Origin: Nostoc sp. DedSLP01
GTDB taxonomy: Bacteria; Cyanobacteriota; Cyanobacteriia; Cyanobacteriales; Nostocaceae
Length of the DNA: 64,000 nt
Direction: 5' to 3'
Assembly: GCA_034530875.2 (NCBI GenBank)
Contig: JAVRCJ020000009.1
Location: 1 to 64,000, forward strand
The translations under genes were made by a program, and so were the position numbers. The first letter of the stretch is position 1, and each line of letters begins with the position of its first letter. Below the pieces are notes generated by a model, which made no database searches, was not told the origin of the DNA, and saw nothing but the letters and a program-made list of their open reading frames with translations. Below are positions 40,606 through 51,130 of the stretch, piece after piece.

Positions 40606-42042
40606 ATGCCAGCTAAATTATCGTCATCTATATTCATAGTTCTATGCGGATTAGCTATAACTCAAACCCTTGGATGCACAAACCGTAACGATAATTCAGC
40701 GATCGCTCAAACTTCACCCCAGCCAACTGCCCAAGAAATTGTTCAATCAGGCGAAGTTCGGGCTTTACCAGGCAAATTAGACACAATACCCGTCTTTAAC
40801 AGCAATAGCCCAGAATGGATTAAAACGGAGGGTATTTTACTTTCTACCTTTCCCAGCAAAGGAAAAAAATTTCCAGCAGCGCACCTCAATTTCCCTTTCC
40901 AAGGACGCTTTGACTTATTCGCTCATCACTACACCCACACTCCCAAGGACTTAAAAACGCTATACCTGGGCGTAATTGTGCATAATCCTGGTAAAAAAGC
41001 TGTAGCAGTAGATGTATTGCAAGCTGCGAGTTATTTAATGCAGGATGCGCCCTTTATCACTTTACCTCCTTACATTGACAATAACGATGGTAAGACTTAC
41101 TCAGGCCCGGGTGCCCGCACTGTTGCTGATGTACTCCGAGGCGTCCGACAAGCCGATTTTCCCGCGACACTGATAATTCCCCCAGGACAAAGCCGGATGT
41201 TGCTAAATCATCCTATCCCTGTAAGAAATCTAGAAAAACCAGTGAATGGTCGGTCTACCTTTATGCGGCTGCGTAGTAGCGATGCAGTTTATGCAGCAAG
41301 TTTGGCGATGTTTGCCAAGAAAAATCCTGATGGAAGCGAGATGCCGTCCGGCACGCTTCGCGAACGCGCACCGACTCTCACAGAATGGCAAGCTTTACTA
41401 GATAATGGTAACTTTGCTGGCCCGCGAGATAAAACACCAACTCCTCCAAACGCTACCGGTGGCGCGCTGATTTACGGACGGGTTGCTGGCGTATCTCAAG
41501 GTTCCCAATGGCAAGCCAAACTGGTCGATAATCCCCAAGCTTCAAATCTGACTATTCCCCAGCGCGGCAAAGCTATTTCTTATCCTATAGTTACACTGCG
41601 GGGTGGGCGATTGGGTACTGACCAAATCCAAACAGCCAAGATGCTGGTACGCTATCCCGATACAGCATACGAAGCACACGGCAATTACGGTATCGAATAT
41701 AAGCTGACTTTACCTTTAAGTAATAACACTGTCCAAAATCAAACCGTCGCTGTTACCTTAGAAACACCTTTAAAAGAAGATAAATTATCCCAAGGAGGTC
41801 TGCGTTTCCGCAAACCATCCCTAGCTTTTCCCTTCTTCCGTGGTACAGTGCGGCTACGTTATTTCGATGACCAAGGCGAACAAAAAATCCGCTACGTGCA
41901 TTTATGGCACAGAACTGGGCAGGTATTAGAACCATTAGTGCAACTTACACTTCTACCCTCGACTAAGCGTATAGTACACGTAGATGTGATTTATCCGCCA
42001 GATTCAACGCCACCACACGTGTTGAGCGTGAAAACTCTGTAA
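40606..42042 (+). CDS. DUF3370 family exported lipoprotein
   Basis: TLGC lipobox, VRALPGKLD..FNSNSPE..GILLSTFP, YGRVAGVS, AHGNYG and YPPDSTPP. Confidence 0.82.
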   Translation: MPAKLSSSIFIVLCGLAITQTLGCTNRNDNSAIAQTSPQPTAQEIVQSGEVRALPGKLDTIPVFNSNSPEWIKTEGILLSTFPSKGKKFPAAHLNFPFQGRFDLFAHHYTHTPKDLKTLYLGVIVHNPGKKAVAVDVLQAASYLMQDAPFITLPPYIDNNDGKTYSGPGARTVADVLRGVRQADFPATLIIPPGQSRMLLNHPIPVRNLEKPVNGRSTFMRLRSSDAVYAASLAMFAKKNPDGSEMPSGTLRERAPTLTEWQALLDNGNFAGPRDKTPTPPNATGGALIYGRVAGVSQGSQWQAKLVDNPQASNLTIPQRGKAISYPIVTLRGGRLGTDQIQTAKMLVRYPDTAYEAHGNYGIEYKLTLPLSNNTVQNQTVAVTLETPLKEDKLSQGGLRFRKPSLAFPFFRGTVRLRYFDDQGEQKIRYVHLWHRTGQVLEPLVQLTLLPSTKRIVHVDVIYPPDSTPPHVLSVKTL

Positions 42043-42200
42043 GTTCAAATTAATTGAAATTGATGTAGGTACAAAGTATGGTTTGCTATTTTTATAGCAA
42101 ACTTTTGTTTAAACGAGTTAGTAAAGAATATCTGTAAAATATTACAAGCGATCTCGCCTACCCTCGTTACACATTAAAATTGCGATCGCATTTTCTACAT

Positions 42201-43052
42201 TTAATTAATTCGCGCCTGCAACCAAGCCTGTAAATCAGCCACACTCGTAAAATCCAGCAATGCTTCGCCCAATGTTTCCAACATTGGTAATGGCAAACCT
42301 GCAACCGGAGAACGCACCTCTTGGGGAATTTCCCCTAACCGCTTTGTCAACTGTCGAATAATAATATTAGCCGTCGCTTCTCGTCCTTCTTCTCGTCCTT
42401 CTTCTTTAATTTCTCGATAAACTCTTGTTTCTTTTAGTGTGATGTCTAACATCAACTCCACCTCCCTTCGACTCAGTTGCTCAAACCGATACGTCATGAT
42501 GGTCGTGATGATTTCAATTATGGCATGGCTTACTGGTGAAGAAGCTTCTTGACGACTTCTCTTTAATAAATACCTAGCTTCTGCGGGGGCTTGTTCCTCT
42601 TCTATAGTAGTTAATACCATCACTGCCACCCACAAAGGTAAGGAACGAATATCTCCCAACTCATCCAAATATACCCGATGCACTTGGTTGCCGTTGAGAA
42701 GTGTTCTATGAGGATGAGTATCAGTTTGCTCAATACTACGTGATGGATAAATTATCACTGCTTGCCAATCACTAAATCTATCACGGTTGCGGTAGAAATA
42801 CAGTGAAGATTCCGCAAATACCCTTTCATATAACTTTTCGTCTTTTTGGAATTGCACCTGACAGAAATACACAATACCTGGACTTTGATTTTCTGGTGGT
42901 AAAAATACCCCATCAATTTCAAACTTAGGTTCTTTGACAGCTACCGAATCAAATTTATATTCATCTGCATTTGCTGGAGGATTTGTCAATAATTCAAATA
43001 ATAAAGTAGGAGATTGTTGGAATAGTTTATAAAAAATTGAATCTCGACGCAT
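42201..43052 (-). CDS. Rpn-like PD-(D/E)xK nuclease (DUF2887) with C-terminal DUF4351
   Basis: MRRDSIFYKLF, SVAVKE..IDGVF, VQFQ, EEGREEGRE and LETLGEALLDF. Confidence 0.88.
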   Translation of the reverse strand: MRRDSIFYKLFQQSPTLLFELLTNPPANADEYKFDSVAVKEPKFEIDGVFLPPENQSPGIVYFCQVQFQKDEKLYERVFAESSLYFYRNRDRFSDWQAVIIYPSRSIEQTDTHPHRTLLNGNQVHRVYLDELGDIRSLPLWVAVMVLTTIEEEQAPAEARYLLKRSRQEASSPVSHAIIEIITTIMTYRFEQLSRREVELMLDITLKETRVYREIKEEGREEGREATANIIIRQLTKRLGEIPQEVRSPVAGLPLPMLETLGEALLDFTSVADLQAWLQARIN

Positions 43053-43110
43053 GAAGAATTGGCATGGAAATATATCTCAAATGATGCGTAGGCATTGCCT
43101 ACGCTCAAAA

Positions 43111-43416
43111 TTATTTGCCGCCGTAATAAAAGGCAATTTCTTTTTCTTTCAAAGGTGCGAAATCAGCATCTTTAAGCAATTGGTCGAGTTCAGCTTGGGG
43201 AATGTGTTTGGCACCGATGCGGACAATACGCGATCGCATAGTATTAGATACACCACTGCGCTGTCTATTGCCCTCTAGCCCCATCACTTTGCGATAAAGT
43301 TCTAATTTGGCAGGTGGAATCGGAGAACCATCAAAATCAATTCCTCGTGCGATCGCTTCATCAACAGCATCAGCACCTGTAGTCGTTGGATTACCCGGGT
43401 TAGTTTCAGTAGTCAT
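43111..43416 (-). CDS. DUF4090 (Ssr1528-like) protein
   Basis: GADAVDEAIARGIDFDGSPIP and RQRSGVSNTMRSRIVRIGAKH. Confidence 0.85.
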   Translation of the reverse strand: MTTETNPGNPTTTGADAVDEAIARGIDFDGSPIPPAKLELYRKVMGLEGNRQRSGVSNTMRSRIVRIGAKHIPQAELDQLLKDADFAPLKEKEIAFYYGGK

Positions 43417-43497
43417 GGTGTTCGCTCTTGTTCACTACGGGTAAATTTTACCAGTCTTGCTGACACCAACGCTGCTGACGAGAAATTTATCCATTAT

Positions 43498-43752
43498 TTA
43501 ATTTTGAGTTTCCCGCGTCACCAAACCACCAACAAACGCGCCTAGAACTGTACCTGTCCATAGTCCTGTTGTGCTACCTTGCCACATTCCTCCGACTGTA
43601 GCCCCAGTGTTACATATTACCTTCAAACCCCAGTATTGGTTTTGACACTTCTGGTTATGCAACATAGTGGTAATTTGTCCAGTGGTATAAGCAGTAAAAA
43701 AACCTGACGATAGTGCTAAAAATGTGCAAATTAAAATTTTGTTTTTAGTCAT
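43498..43752 (-). CDS. Small hypothetical membrane protein
   Basis: Two hydrophobic segments, a Cys pair and a glycine-zipper C-terminus (GSTTGLWTGTVLGAFVGG). Confidence 0.6.
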   Translation of the reverse strand: MTKNKILICTFLALSSGFFTAYTTGQITTMLHNQKCQNQYWGLKVICNTGATVGGMWQGSTTGLWTGTVLGAFVGGLVTRETQN

Positions 43753-43815
43753 TAGTCATTAGTCATTAGTCATTGGGTATGGGGCATGGGGCATGAGGCA
43801 TTGGGGATTTGAGAT

Positions 43816-43920
43816 GAATCTTTGATATTCGCCGACGAGTCTTTGATACTCGTGAATGAGTCTTTAATACTCGCCGACGAGTCTTTGATACTCGTGAATG
43901 AGTCTTTGATACTCGCCGAC
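43816..43920. repeat. 21-bp tandem repeat x5 with alternating units
   Basis: GAGTCTTTGATACTCG-CCGAC and -TGAAT units alternate, giving a 42-bp higher-order period. Confidence 0.95.
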
Positions 43921-43988
43921 AAGTATTTTAACTCCATTGTTTTGCTCCCTCATCTCCCCATGCCCCATTCACCATTCCCCATTCCCGA

Positions 43989-46900
43989 TCAACCTGTATT
44001 TCTCATACCCGCAGCAATACCATTAATGGTTAATAATGCTCCTCGCAATAATTCACCTTTGCTATAACGGGAGTGGATGACTCCAGAAGTGGCAGTAGTA
44101 TTCAAGGACTGGCGTAAACGCTTGAGCAGGGAAACTTGGATAAATCCCAAGGGTACAATTGTGCCGTTGCGTAACTGTACAGATCTTTGCAATATCGGAT
44201 CGCCATCTAAAAGTTTATTGTGATTGGTAATTTTGAGAACCAAATCTCTTGTGAGATTAAATTCACTAGCTATTTGGTCAAAAACTTTCACAAAGCGCTC
44301 TTTATCTTCTGGTTTTGACAATTCTTGAACGTAGTGTTGTGCCATTTGCATGTCTACTTTTGCCAAGGTCATTTCTGCTTTAGAAATCACCATTTTGAAG
44401 AAAGGCCACTTAATGTAAAAATAGCGGAGTAATTTTAAGTGTTCTTCTGGTTCTTCGTTCAAGAATTCTTGCAAAGCAGTGCCGACACCGTACCAAGAAG
44501 GTAGTAAAAAGCGAGTTTGCGTCCAGCTAAATACCCAAGGAATAGCTCGCAAACTGCTTAAATCTTTTTTCCCGGAGGGACGCCGCGCTGGACGAGAACT
44601 AATTTGCAGTTGGCTGATTTCTTCAATTGGGGTGACTTGATGGAAGAAGTCGATAAAATCAGGTTGCTCGTAAATTAGAGCGCGATAATGTTGCCGCGAT
44701 CGCGCCGCTAGTTCTTCCATAATGTCATTCCAAGGTTGAATATCATCAAACCCTGTCCGCAGCAAACTAGCTTGAATCACAGCGGTGGTGATGGTTTCCA
44801 TGTGGTACAAAGCTAAGTCCAACAAGGAATATTTGGAAGCTAAAACTTCCCCTTGTTCGGTAATCTTAATTCGTCCATTGATGCTGTGACCTGGCTGAGC
44901 CAAAATCGCTTCGTAAGCCGGGCCCCCTCCCCGCCCCACAGAACCGCCGCGTCCGTGGAAAATGCGCAAATTCACGCCATACCCTTCTGCTATTTTTTGC
45001 AGCGATTTTTGGGCTTTATGAATTTCCCAGTTGCTGCTTAAAAAACCAGAGTCTTTGTTGCTGTCAGAATAGCCCAGCATCACTTCTTGCAGGTTAGGAG
45101 TGAGGGGACTGGGGACTGGGGACTGGGGACTGGGGACTGGGGACGCGGTGAATTCTTTCCCCGCGTTCCCCTGTGCCGGTGTTCCCGTGTCCTCTTCCTC
45201 CTTTTGTGCTGCGTAGCCGCCAGCTAACAAAGCGCGATACAAGGGAAGTTCAAATAATTCTCGCATGACGCTTCTGGAGCGTTGCAAGTCTTCTACTGTT
45301 TCAAATAAGGGGACGACTTGAATTGTGCCAACAGCGATCGCGGGGTCAAAAAGTCTGGCTTCTTTGGCTAAGAGCAATACTTCCAAGACGTCGCTGACTT
45401 GGCGACACATGCTGATAATGTAAGTTTGACAAATGTTGACGCCAAATTCTTGTTGCAGCGATCGCACGATGCGAAAGGTTTCGATCGCATCGTTGGTTTT
45501 TTCCGAAAACGGCAATTCTGCTGGAATTAATGGGCGGCGAGTTTGCAATTCTTGGGTTAACCAAGCGACTCTTTCTGACTCGGAAAGTTCGTTATAAGGT
45601 TGGGGTAGTATTTGCAGGTACTCTAGAATTTCATTGAGCGCATCGGAATGGCGCGATGATTCTTGGCGGATATCTAGCCGTGTCAAGTTAAAGCCAAAAA
45701 TTTCTACTTGACAAATTAGGTCTTCTAGCGCTCTACAGCTTAAACCGGTTTCTGTCAAGTTGCGCTGAATTAACCGCAGTTCTGTTAAAAACTCGGCTTC
45801 AGAACGGTATAGGGGGCTATCTTGATTTTTTGGCGTTTCTCGATTGTATAAAGCTAGATTGCGATCGCGGGTATTTTCCAGCCGTTTGAGGACATAAGCC
45901 AGTTTCAATCGATAAGGCTCTTGTCGATAACGTAGCGCTAAGGCGTCATATACCTCACTCAACTGGGATTGATCCAATTCTAGAGATTCCAGCAAGTCTG
46001 GCAAGACATCGCTCCAGTGCATCGATACGCTCAATAATTCAATCAGTTGTTTCACTGACTCGATATATCTTCCCAGCACCATTTTGCGCTGATAGCAAGC
46101 TGTTTGCCAGGTAATTTCTGGCGTGACTGATGGGTTACCATCTCTGTCCGAACCCACCCAAGAACCAAACGAGCAGAAATTTTTACTCGGTGGTTCTAGC
46201 CAAGGAAAAGTATCCGCTAGTGTATATTTGAACCGTTTATAGAGTTGGGGAATACCATCAAATAAAACTTCTTGGAAGTAGTGTAGAGCGTAATCAACTT
46301 CATCCAGTACCGTGGGTTTGAACTGGTGGAGTTCGTCTGTGCGCCACCACAAACGGATTTCTTCGAGCAATTGTTCGCGAATATCTACTGCTTCCCAAGG
46401 GTATCCCACCCCGGTGCTACCTAAGCCATTTTCCAAAGCATCGAGTTTTTGCAACAGTTGTACCACTTGTCGCTGCTTATCGCGGATGGTGTGACGCACA
46501 ATTTCTGTTGGGTGTGCTGTAAACACCAAGCGCACATCGAGCTGGGAAATTAGACGTTGAATTTGCTGTGGTGGGACATTCTGTTTAAATAAATGGGGAA
46601 ATAAAGCCGCAAAAGTTCCTTTTAGTTTGGGTTGCGTTTTTTGAACGTAACTCTTGCTCAACAAATCTGCTGCTAGTCCGCCGGTAACAGGTGCATCGTC
46701 TTCACCTTGATTGGAGGAATAATCAGCATTTGGTGGCGTTTCCGGCTCTAGTGCTTCCGTATCTGCGTCAAAGCGGCTCAATTGCTGCCGCTGTTCGTAT
46801 TCCTGCTCAATGATGTTGATTAACTGAAAATACAGAGCAAAAGCACGAGCCGCGCGAATTGCTTCGTTGATATTTAGTTGCTCGATTAACTTAACCGCTG

Positions 46901-47105
46901 AGGAAGCTTGGTCATTGGTTGTTTGTCCTTCTGGCGAACACAAATCGCGCAATTGGCGCAACAAATCTACCATGTTTTGGCCGCATTCTTGCCTCAGAAC
47001 TGACTCCCACAATTCTTCTACTACCTGTAGACGATGACGCAAAAATAATTCCGACACCGGGTATATATTCGCAGTTGGCGATGAAGAGTATAAAAGGGAA
47101 CTCAT
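43989..47105 (-). CDS. ppc: Phosphoenolpyruvate carboxylase
   Basis: [42 protein letters not shown] and C-terminal MRNTG. Confidence 0.98.
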   Translation of the reverse strand: MSSLLYSSSPTANIYPVSELFLRHRLQVVEELWESVLRQECGQNMVDLLRQLRDLCSPEGQTTNDQASSAVKLIEQLNINEAIRAARAFALYFQLINIIEQEYEQRQQLSRFDADTEALEPETPPNADYSSNQGEDDAPVTGGLAADLLSKSYVQKTQPKLKGTFAALFPHLFKQNVPPQQIQRLISQLDVRLVFTAHPTEIVRHTIRDKQRQVVQLLQKLDALENGLGSTGVGYPWEAVDIREQLLEEIRLWWRTDELHQFKPTVLDEVDYALHYFQEVLFDGIPQLYKRFKYTLADTFPWLEPPSKNFCSFGSWVGSDRDGNPSVTPEITWQTACYQRKMVLGRYIESVKQLIELLSVSMHWSDVLPDLLESLELDQSQLSEVYDALALRYRQEPYRLKLAYVLKRLENTRDRNLALYNRETPKNQDSPLYRSEAEFLTELRLIQRNLTETGLSCRALEDLICQVEIFGFNLTRLDIRQESSRHSDALNEILEYLQILPQPYNELSESERVAWLTQELQTRRPLIPAELPFSEKTNDAIETFRIVRSLQQEFGVNICQTYIISMCRQVSDVLEVLLLAKEARLFDPAIAVGTIQVVPLFETVEDLQRSRSVMRELFELPLYRALLAGGYAAQKEEEDTGTPAQGNAGKEFTASPVPSPQSPVPSPLTPNLQEVMLGYSDSNKDSGFLSSNWEIHKAQKSLQKIAEGYGVNLRIFHGRGGSVGRGGGPAYEAILAQPGHSINGRIKITEQGEVLASKYSLLDLALYHMETITTAVIQASLLRTGFDDIQPWNDIMEELAARSRQHYRALIYEQPDFIDFFHQVTPIEEISQLQISSRPARRPSGKKDLSSLRAIPWVFSWTQTRFLLPSWYGVGTALQEFLNEEPEEHLKLLRYFYIKWPFFKMVISKAEMTLAKVDMQMAQHYVQELSKPEDKERFVKVFDQIASEFNLTRDLVLKITNHNKLLDGDPILQRSVQLRNGTIVPLGFIQVSLLKRLRQSLNTTATSGVIHSRYSKGELLRGALLTINGIAAGMRNTG

Positions 47106-47207
47106 ATTCTCAATGATTGTAAAGGCAATTAATGTTTACACTTGTAGGCTTTGTACTTAATGCTCGTGATGTTCTTCCTGAGCAAATAATTGTTCGCTGT
47201 ATATTTT

Positions 47208-47444
47208 CTAAGTTCGTTTAGTTTCGCTATCGTTGGGAAACTCAAGGATGGGTAAGCGATCGCCTCGAAATAATTCTTCACTGGCTTCCCCTATAGCTTC
47301 TAGTGCTTTTACTGTACTTTTTCCGGTAATCAGCAGCAGTACTATAGACGCTGTACCTATTTGTAAGAGCAACGATTGGGGAATGCTAAGAAAATCCAGG
47401 TTGGATGGGGGGTTATCTGAGGATTGGTGTTTGTCTGCTGTCAT
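47208..47444 (-). CDS. Small conserved cyanobacterial protein
   Basis: Hydrophobic helix followed by IGEASEELFRGDRLPIL. Confidence 0.65.
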   Translation of the reverse strand: MTADKHQSSDNPPSNLDFLSIPQSLLLQIGTASIVLLLITGKSTVKALEAIGEASEELFRGDRLPILEFPNDSETKRT

Positions 47445-47945
47445 TGTTAGTTGTTGGTTGGGGAAAGATGAGTCAAAAAAAGTCAGGAGTCAGAATTCCG
47501 GAGTCAGAATTCAGAATTCAGAAGTCAGAATCAGTAAATTTACAAGTTACAAGTCACGATGACTTCACATATCAACAGAAGGAGTTTAAATTGGATAAGA
47601 TTTGGTATTTGTTTAGTTCACAAGGAGGGTTTGCTCTATCACAGGCAAGTTTGACTTAAAAGGCAAGTTATCAGCTAGTCACATAAAAATATTCTGACTC
47701 CTGAATTCTCAATTGTGACTCCTAAATTATGCATTCTGAATTCTGACCCCTTGTGAGTAAAATAAACGCAAAACTCAACATTAGCCAGACTTGCAACCGT
47801 ACAAGACTATCTTTGCTGATTTTGTAAGCTACAAAGGTAACAAAATTGTTAAAAAAAAACGTCAAAGTGTGATAAACCTATGGTTCTAGTTTACAAGTGC
47901 AGGCACTATCCCCCAACAATCGCTGACTTTCAAAGTTAATTTCCC

Positions 47946-50900
47946 ATGAAAACAGTATTACCAGATCGCCAGCAATCCTTAGTGCAATGGATCAGCCAAG
48001 CAACAGGGATTAACACTTTCGGGGTGAAAATCCGATTACGGGGAAATGACCTTCATATTCTTTGTGAAGGAACAGAATGTCCGCAGCGTTGGCGTACTTT
48101 ATCTGATTTGCTGCAAGCGCTACAGCAAACAGATTTGGATAGCCTCACAAGCAACGAACAACCCTCAATATACCAAGTATTTGTATATGGTCGAAGAAAA
48201 GGGGAACAGCGCCCTAAATGGTGCCATAAAGTTTACTTGAACCAAATCGACAAGCATATAGAGCAGGTAGAGCAAGCTTTACTGGCAGATTCGGGAAAAT
48301 CGAAACCAGTAGGTGGGGCGCTAATTGTCTCGAATGAAAGTTTGGCACGCCAAGGTAACCCAGATGCCATTGCTCGGTATTTGAGCGAAACTCTAAGTAC
48401 GTTGGGCGTATCGGTACAGGCAAAAATTAAGCTACACAAGTCTAAGAATTCTCAAGTTGAAGAAAATCGCCTGTGGATATTTTGCCATTCGAGCTATAGT
48501 CCCGATGCTTCGTTGCTCGCGGAACCAATAGCCCAGAAGTTGCGTTATCTCAAGCTTTCTGGCTACGAAGATGCAGTCATTGTTTCTCAAGTTACTGGTG
48601 AAACTGCACCTGATTGGCTGCTGCGGGTGGATTTAACGCCGCCAGAGGTGATGCTCAAGGAGTGGGCGCGTTGGGGGGATGTGCAAGCGATCGCCAGATT
48701 GCTAACTGAGGTATTGTCAGGGTTAAATGTTGCTGTCCAAGCTTCTCTCAAAGAATCAACGCTGCATATTTTTTGTACGCCAGCTTTTGACCCCTTAGGA
48801 AATGCCCCAATTCCAGATAAAACAGTGTGCTTGGAGGCAATTGTACCCCAGCTAGAAGCGATCGCCCCCCAAGGCATCCTCGGCGTCACAATATACGGAG
48901 AAAAAGCAGGCGACCACCAACCTGGTTGGATTGATTGGCTGGCTTTACCCGCTTCTGAGCATTCGGTTTTTGCGACAACGCCACTGGATTTGGCAAATAC
49001 TGGCGATGAAGAAGCGATCGTTTTTTTATTGGAGCGTTTACTCAATCCTGACTTAGATTGGCGTCTTTTAACTGGTGGAATTCGCGTACTGCTGCTAAAT
49101 AAAGGCGATTTACTGCACATCATGTGTGATGCGCCTGTTTGTCCGTCCCGAGGGCAAGTAGCCAACAAAGTTACACAGTTTATCCGCCAATTAAGAATTT
49201 CCGGTATTAAAGGAGTGCGCGTCTACGGACGGCGTGCAGGTAATAAAGAACCTTTTTGGCATCATGGTATCGATTTAGAACATCGCCAACGTTTAGTCCC
49301 AGAAGCAACCCCAGAATTTGCTGCTACTTCTAAATACGTTAACGATTTAGTAACCTCTGACACCAGCGAACCAATTTTACGCCCAGACTTAACTACAGAA
49401 GAAGTTCAAAGCTTTGTTACAGAAGCAGCGCTCGATTGGCTGGGAACGGTGAATGCAACAGTGAAAAAATTCCTGTTGGCAACTCAGCTATTTACCGAAA
49501 CTGACCAATTACAGGAGCTAAACCATGATGATGGTCAAGGAATTAAGATTGCTTTGGTTTGGGGGACGTTGGGATTATTGCTCACCCTTCAAAGTGATTG
49601 GGTATTGGGTCAGATTATCGCCCGCACTACGCCCAGTTCTCCAACAGTGGCTAATGTCTCGCCTTCATCATCTCCTGAGCCAAAAGTATCCTTAACATCT
49701 GGGAAAAATCCCAGCGAACAAACGAAATTTTTTGCCAGCGCTGGTAAAGCCAAAACTTCTGATAGTGATAGTTCCGTATTCAATGCTTCTCAATTTACCC
49801 AAACTGACGACGCCCAGAATGGAAGTTTAGCAGCCGCACCGCTGAAAGAAAAGGCAACCGCTACTGCTATTCTTTTAGCAGCGCGATCGCAAATCCCAAG
49901 TTTCAACGTTAGACAGTTAGACGAACAGCTAGCCCTGTATAAACAACGTCTTGCTAGAACTGGTACCCCACCAGATGTATTAATTATTGGCTCATCCCGC
50001 GCCCTCAGAGGAGTAGACCCAGCAGCACTTTCTAAAGCTTTGGCAACTCAGGGTTATCCGAATATTGACGTATTCAACTTTGGAATTAATGGTGCTACCG
50101 CACAAGTTGTAGACTTTGTACTGCGGCATGTTTTAGAACCATCAGAACTGCCAAAACTAATTATTTGGGCAGATGGCGCCCGTGCTTTCAACAGCGGACG
50201 CGAAGATATGACCTTTAAATCAATTGCTGCATCAGCTGGCTATAAACAAGCCTTTCAGAAATCGCCTCAAGCTGCAACTAACAGTGACTTGTCGGAAAAT
50301 CCAAAACAAGAAAAAACAAAACAAGAAAATCCAAAAGAAGAAAAGCAAGAAGTTAGCGGTTATCAAGCCGTCAATGATTGGTTAAATCAGACTCTAGCAT
50401 CTGTTTCTGTAAGCTATCAAAACCGCGATAAGATTAAAAGCTTAGTGCAAAAACAACTGCTTATTTTTGGTAACGAGCCGACAACTACATCCCAAAAACA
50501 GCTAACAGATAGTAATTCCGAAGATACTTACCAACAAGCAGTTGATTTTGATGGATTTTTAGCTTTATCTATTCGCTTTAATCCTGCTAGATACTATCAA
50601 AAACATTCTAGAGTTCCGGGAAATTATGACAACGACTATAAAACCTTTCAAGTAGGAGGAGAGCAAGATGCTGCCTTCCAAGAAGTGCTTGAGTTTACGC
50701 AGTCTCAGAAAATTCCTTTGGTCTTTGTCAATATGCCTCTGACAGCAGACTATTTAGATCCGGTGCGTAAAAAATACGAGCAAGAATTCCAGCAATATAT
50801 GTTGCGTTTAGCAGCTAATCCCAACTTTATTTACCGCGATTTGAGTCAACAGTGGCCTAAAGTAAATGATTACTTTTCCGATCCCAGCCACCTCAACCGC

Positions 50901-50966
50901 TTTGGAGCTTATGAAGTCTCGAAAAAATTGGCTTACGATCCGATGATTCCTTGGCCAGTGAAATAG
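47946..50966 (+). CDS. Large membrane protein with a C-terminal SGNH-like (DUF1574) domain
   Basis: LIIGSSR, FNFGING and DPSHLN SGNH-type motifs after a TM helix, plus repeated N-terminal domains. Confidence 0.75.
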   Translation: MKTVLPDRQQSLVQWISQATGINTFGVKIRLRGNDLHILCEGTECPQRWRTLSDLLQALQQTDLDSLTSNEQPSIYQVFVYGRRKGEQRPKWCHKVYLNQIDKHIEQVEQALLADSGKSKPVGGALIVSNESLARQGNPDAIARYLSETLSTLGVSVQAKIKLHKSKNSQVEENRLWIFCHSSYSPDASLLAEPIAQKLRYLKLSGYEDAVIVSQVTGETAPDWLLRVDLTPPEVMLKEWARWGDVQAIARLLTEVLSGLNVAVQASLKESTLHIFCTPAFDPLGNAPIPDKTVCLEAIVPQLEAIAPQGILGVTIYGEKAGDHQPGWIDWLALPASEHSVFATTPLDLANTGDEEAIVFLLERLLNPDLDWRLLTGGIRVLLLNKGDLLHIMCDAPVCPSRGQVANKVTQFIRQLRISGIKGVRVYGRRAGNKEPFWHHGIDLEHRQRLVPEATPEFAATSKYVNDLVTSDTSEPILRPDLTTEEVQSFVTEAALDWLGTVNATVKKFLLATQLFTETDQLQELNHDDGQGIKIALVWGTLGLLLTLQSDWVLGQIIARTTPSSPTVANVSPSSSPEPKVSLTSGKNPSEQTKFFASAGKAKTSDSDSSVFNASQFTQTDDAQNGSLAAAPLKEKATATAILLAARSQIPSFNVRQLDEQLALYKQRLARTGTPPDVLIIGSSRALRGVDPAALSKALATQGYPNIDVFNFGINGATAQVVDFVLRHVLEPSELPKLIIWADGARAFNSGREDMTFKSIAASAGYKQAFQKSPQAATNSDLSENPKQEKTKQENPKEEKQEVSGYQAVNDWLNQTLASVSVSYQNRDKIKSLVQKQLLIFGNEPTTTSQKQLTDSNSEDTYQQAVDFDGFLALSIRFNPARYYQKHSRVPGNYDNDYKTFQVGGEQDAAFQEVLEFTQSQKIPLVFVNMPLTADYLDPVRKKYEQEFQQYMLRLAANPNFIYRDLSQQWPKVNDYFSDPSHLNRFGAYEVSKKLAYDPMIPWPVK

Positions 50967-51130
50967 AAAGATGGAGAGGAGAGCAGGGGAGGCAGGGGAG
51001 AGATGGGGAGTGTGGGGACTAGGGGGGAAAGATTTCTTCCCCATCCTCCCACACCTCCTGCTTACCCAATGCCCCATGCCCTGTTTGACCAATGACTAAT
51101 GACTAATGACTAATAACTAATGACTAAAAA

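Noticed and set aside
48587..49168. 193-aa antisense ORF and similar shadow ORFs inside pepP, secDF, ffh, icd, psbA, ureC and groEL
   Set aside because: They overlap well-supported genes and show no recognisable motifs.
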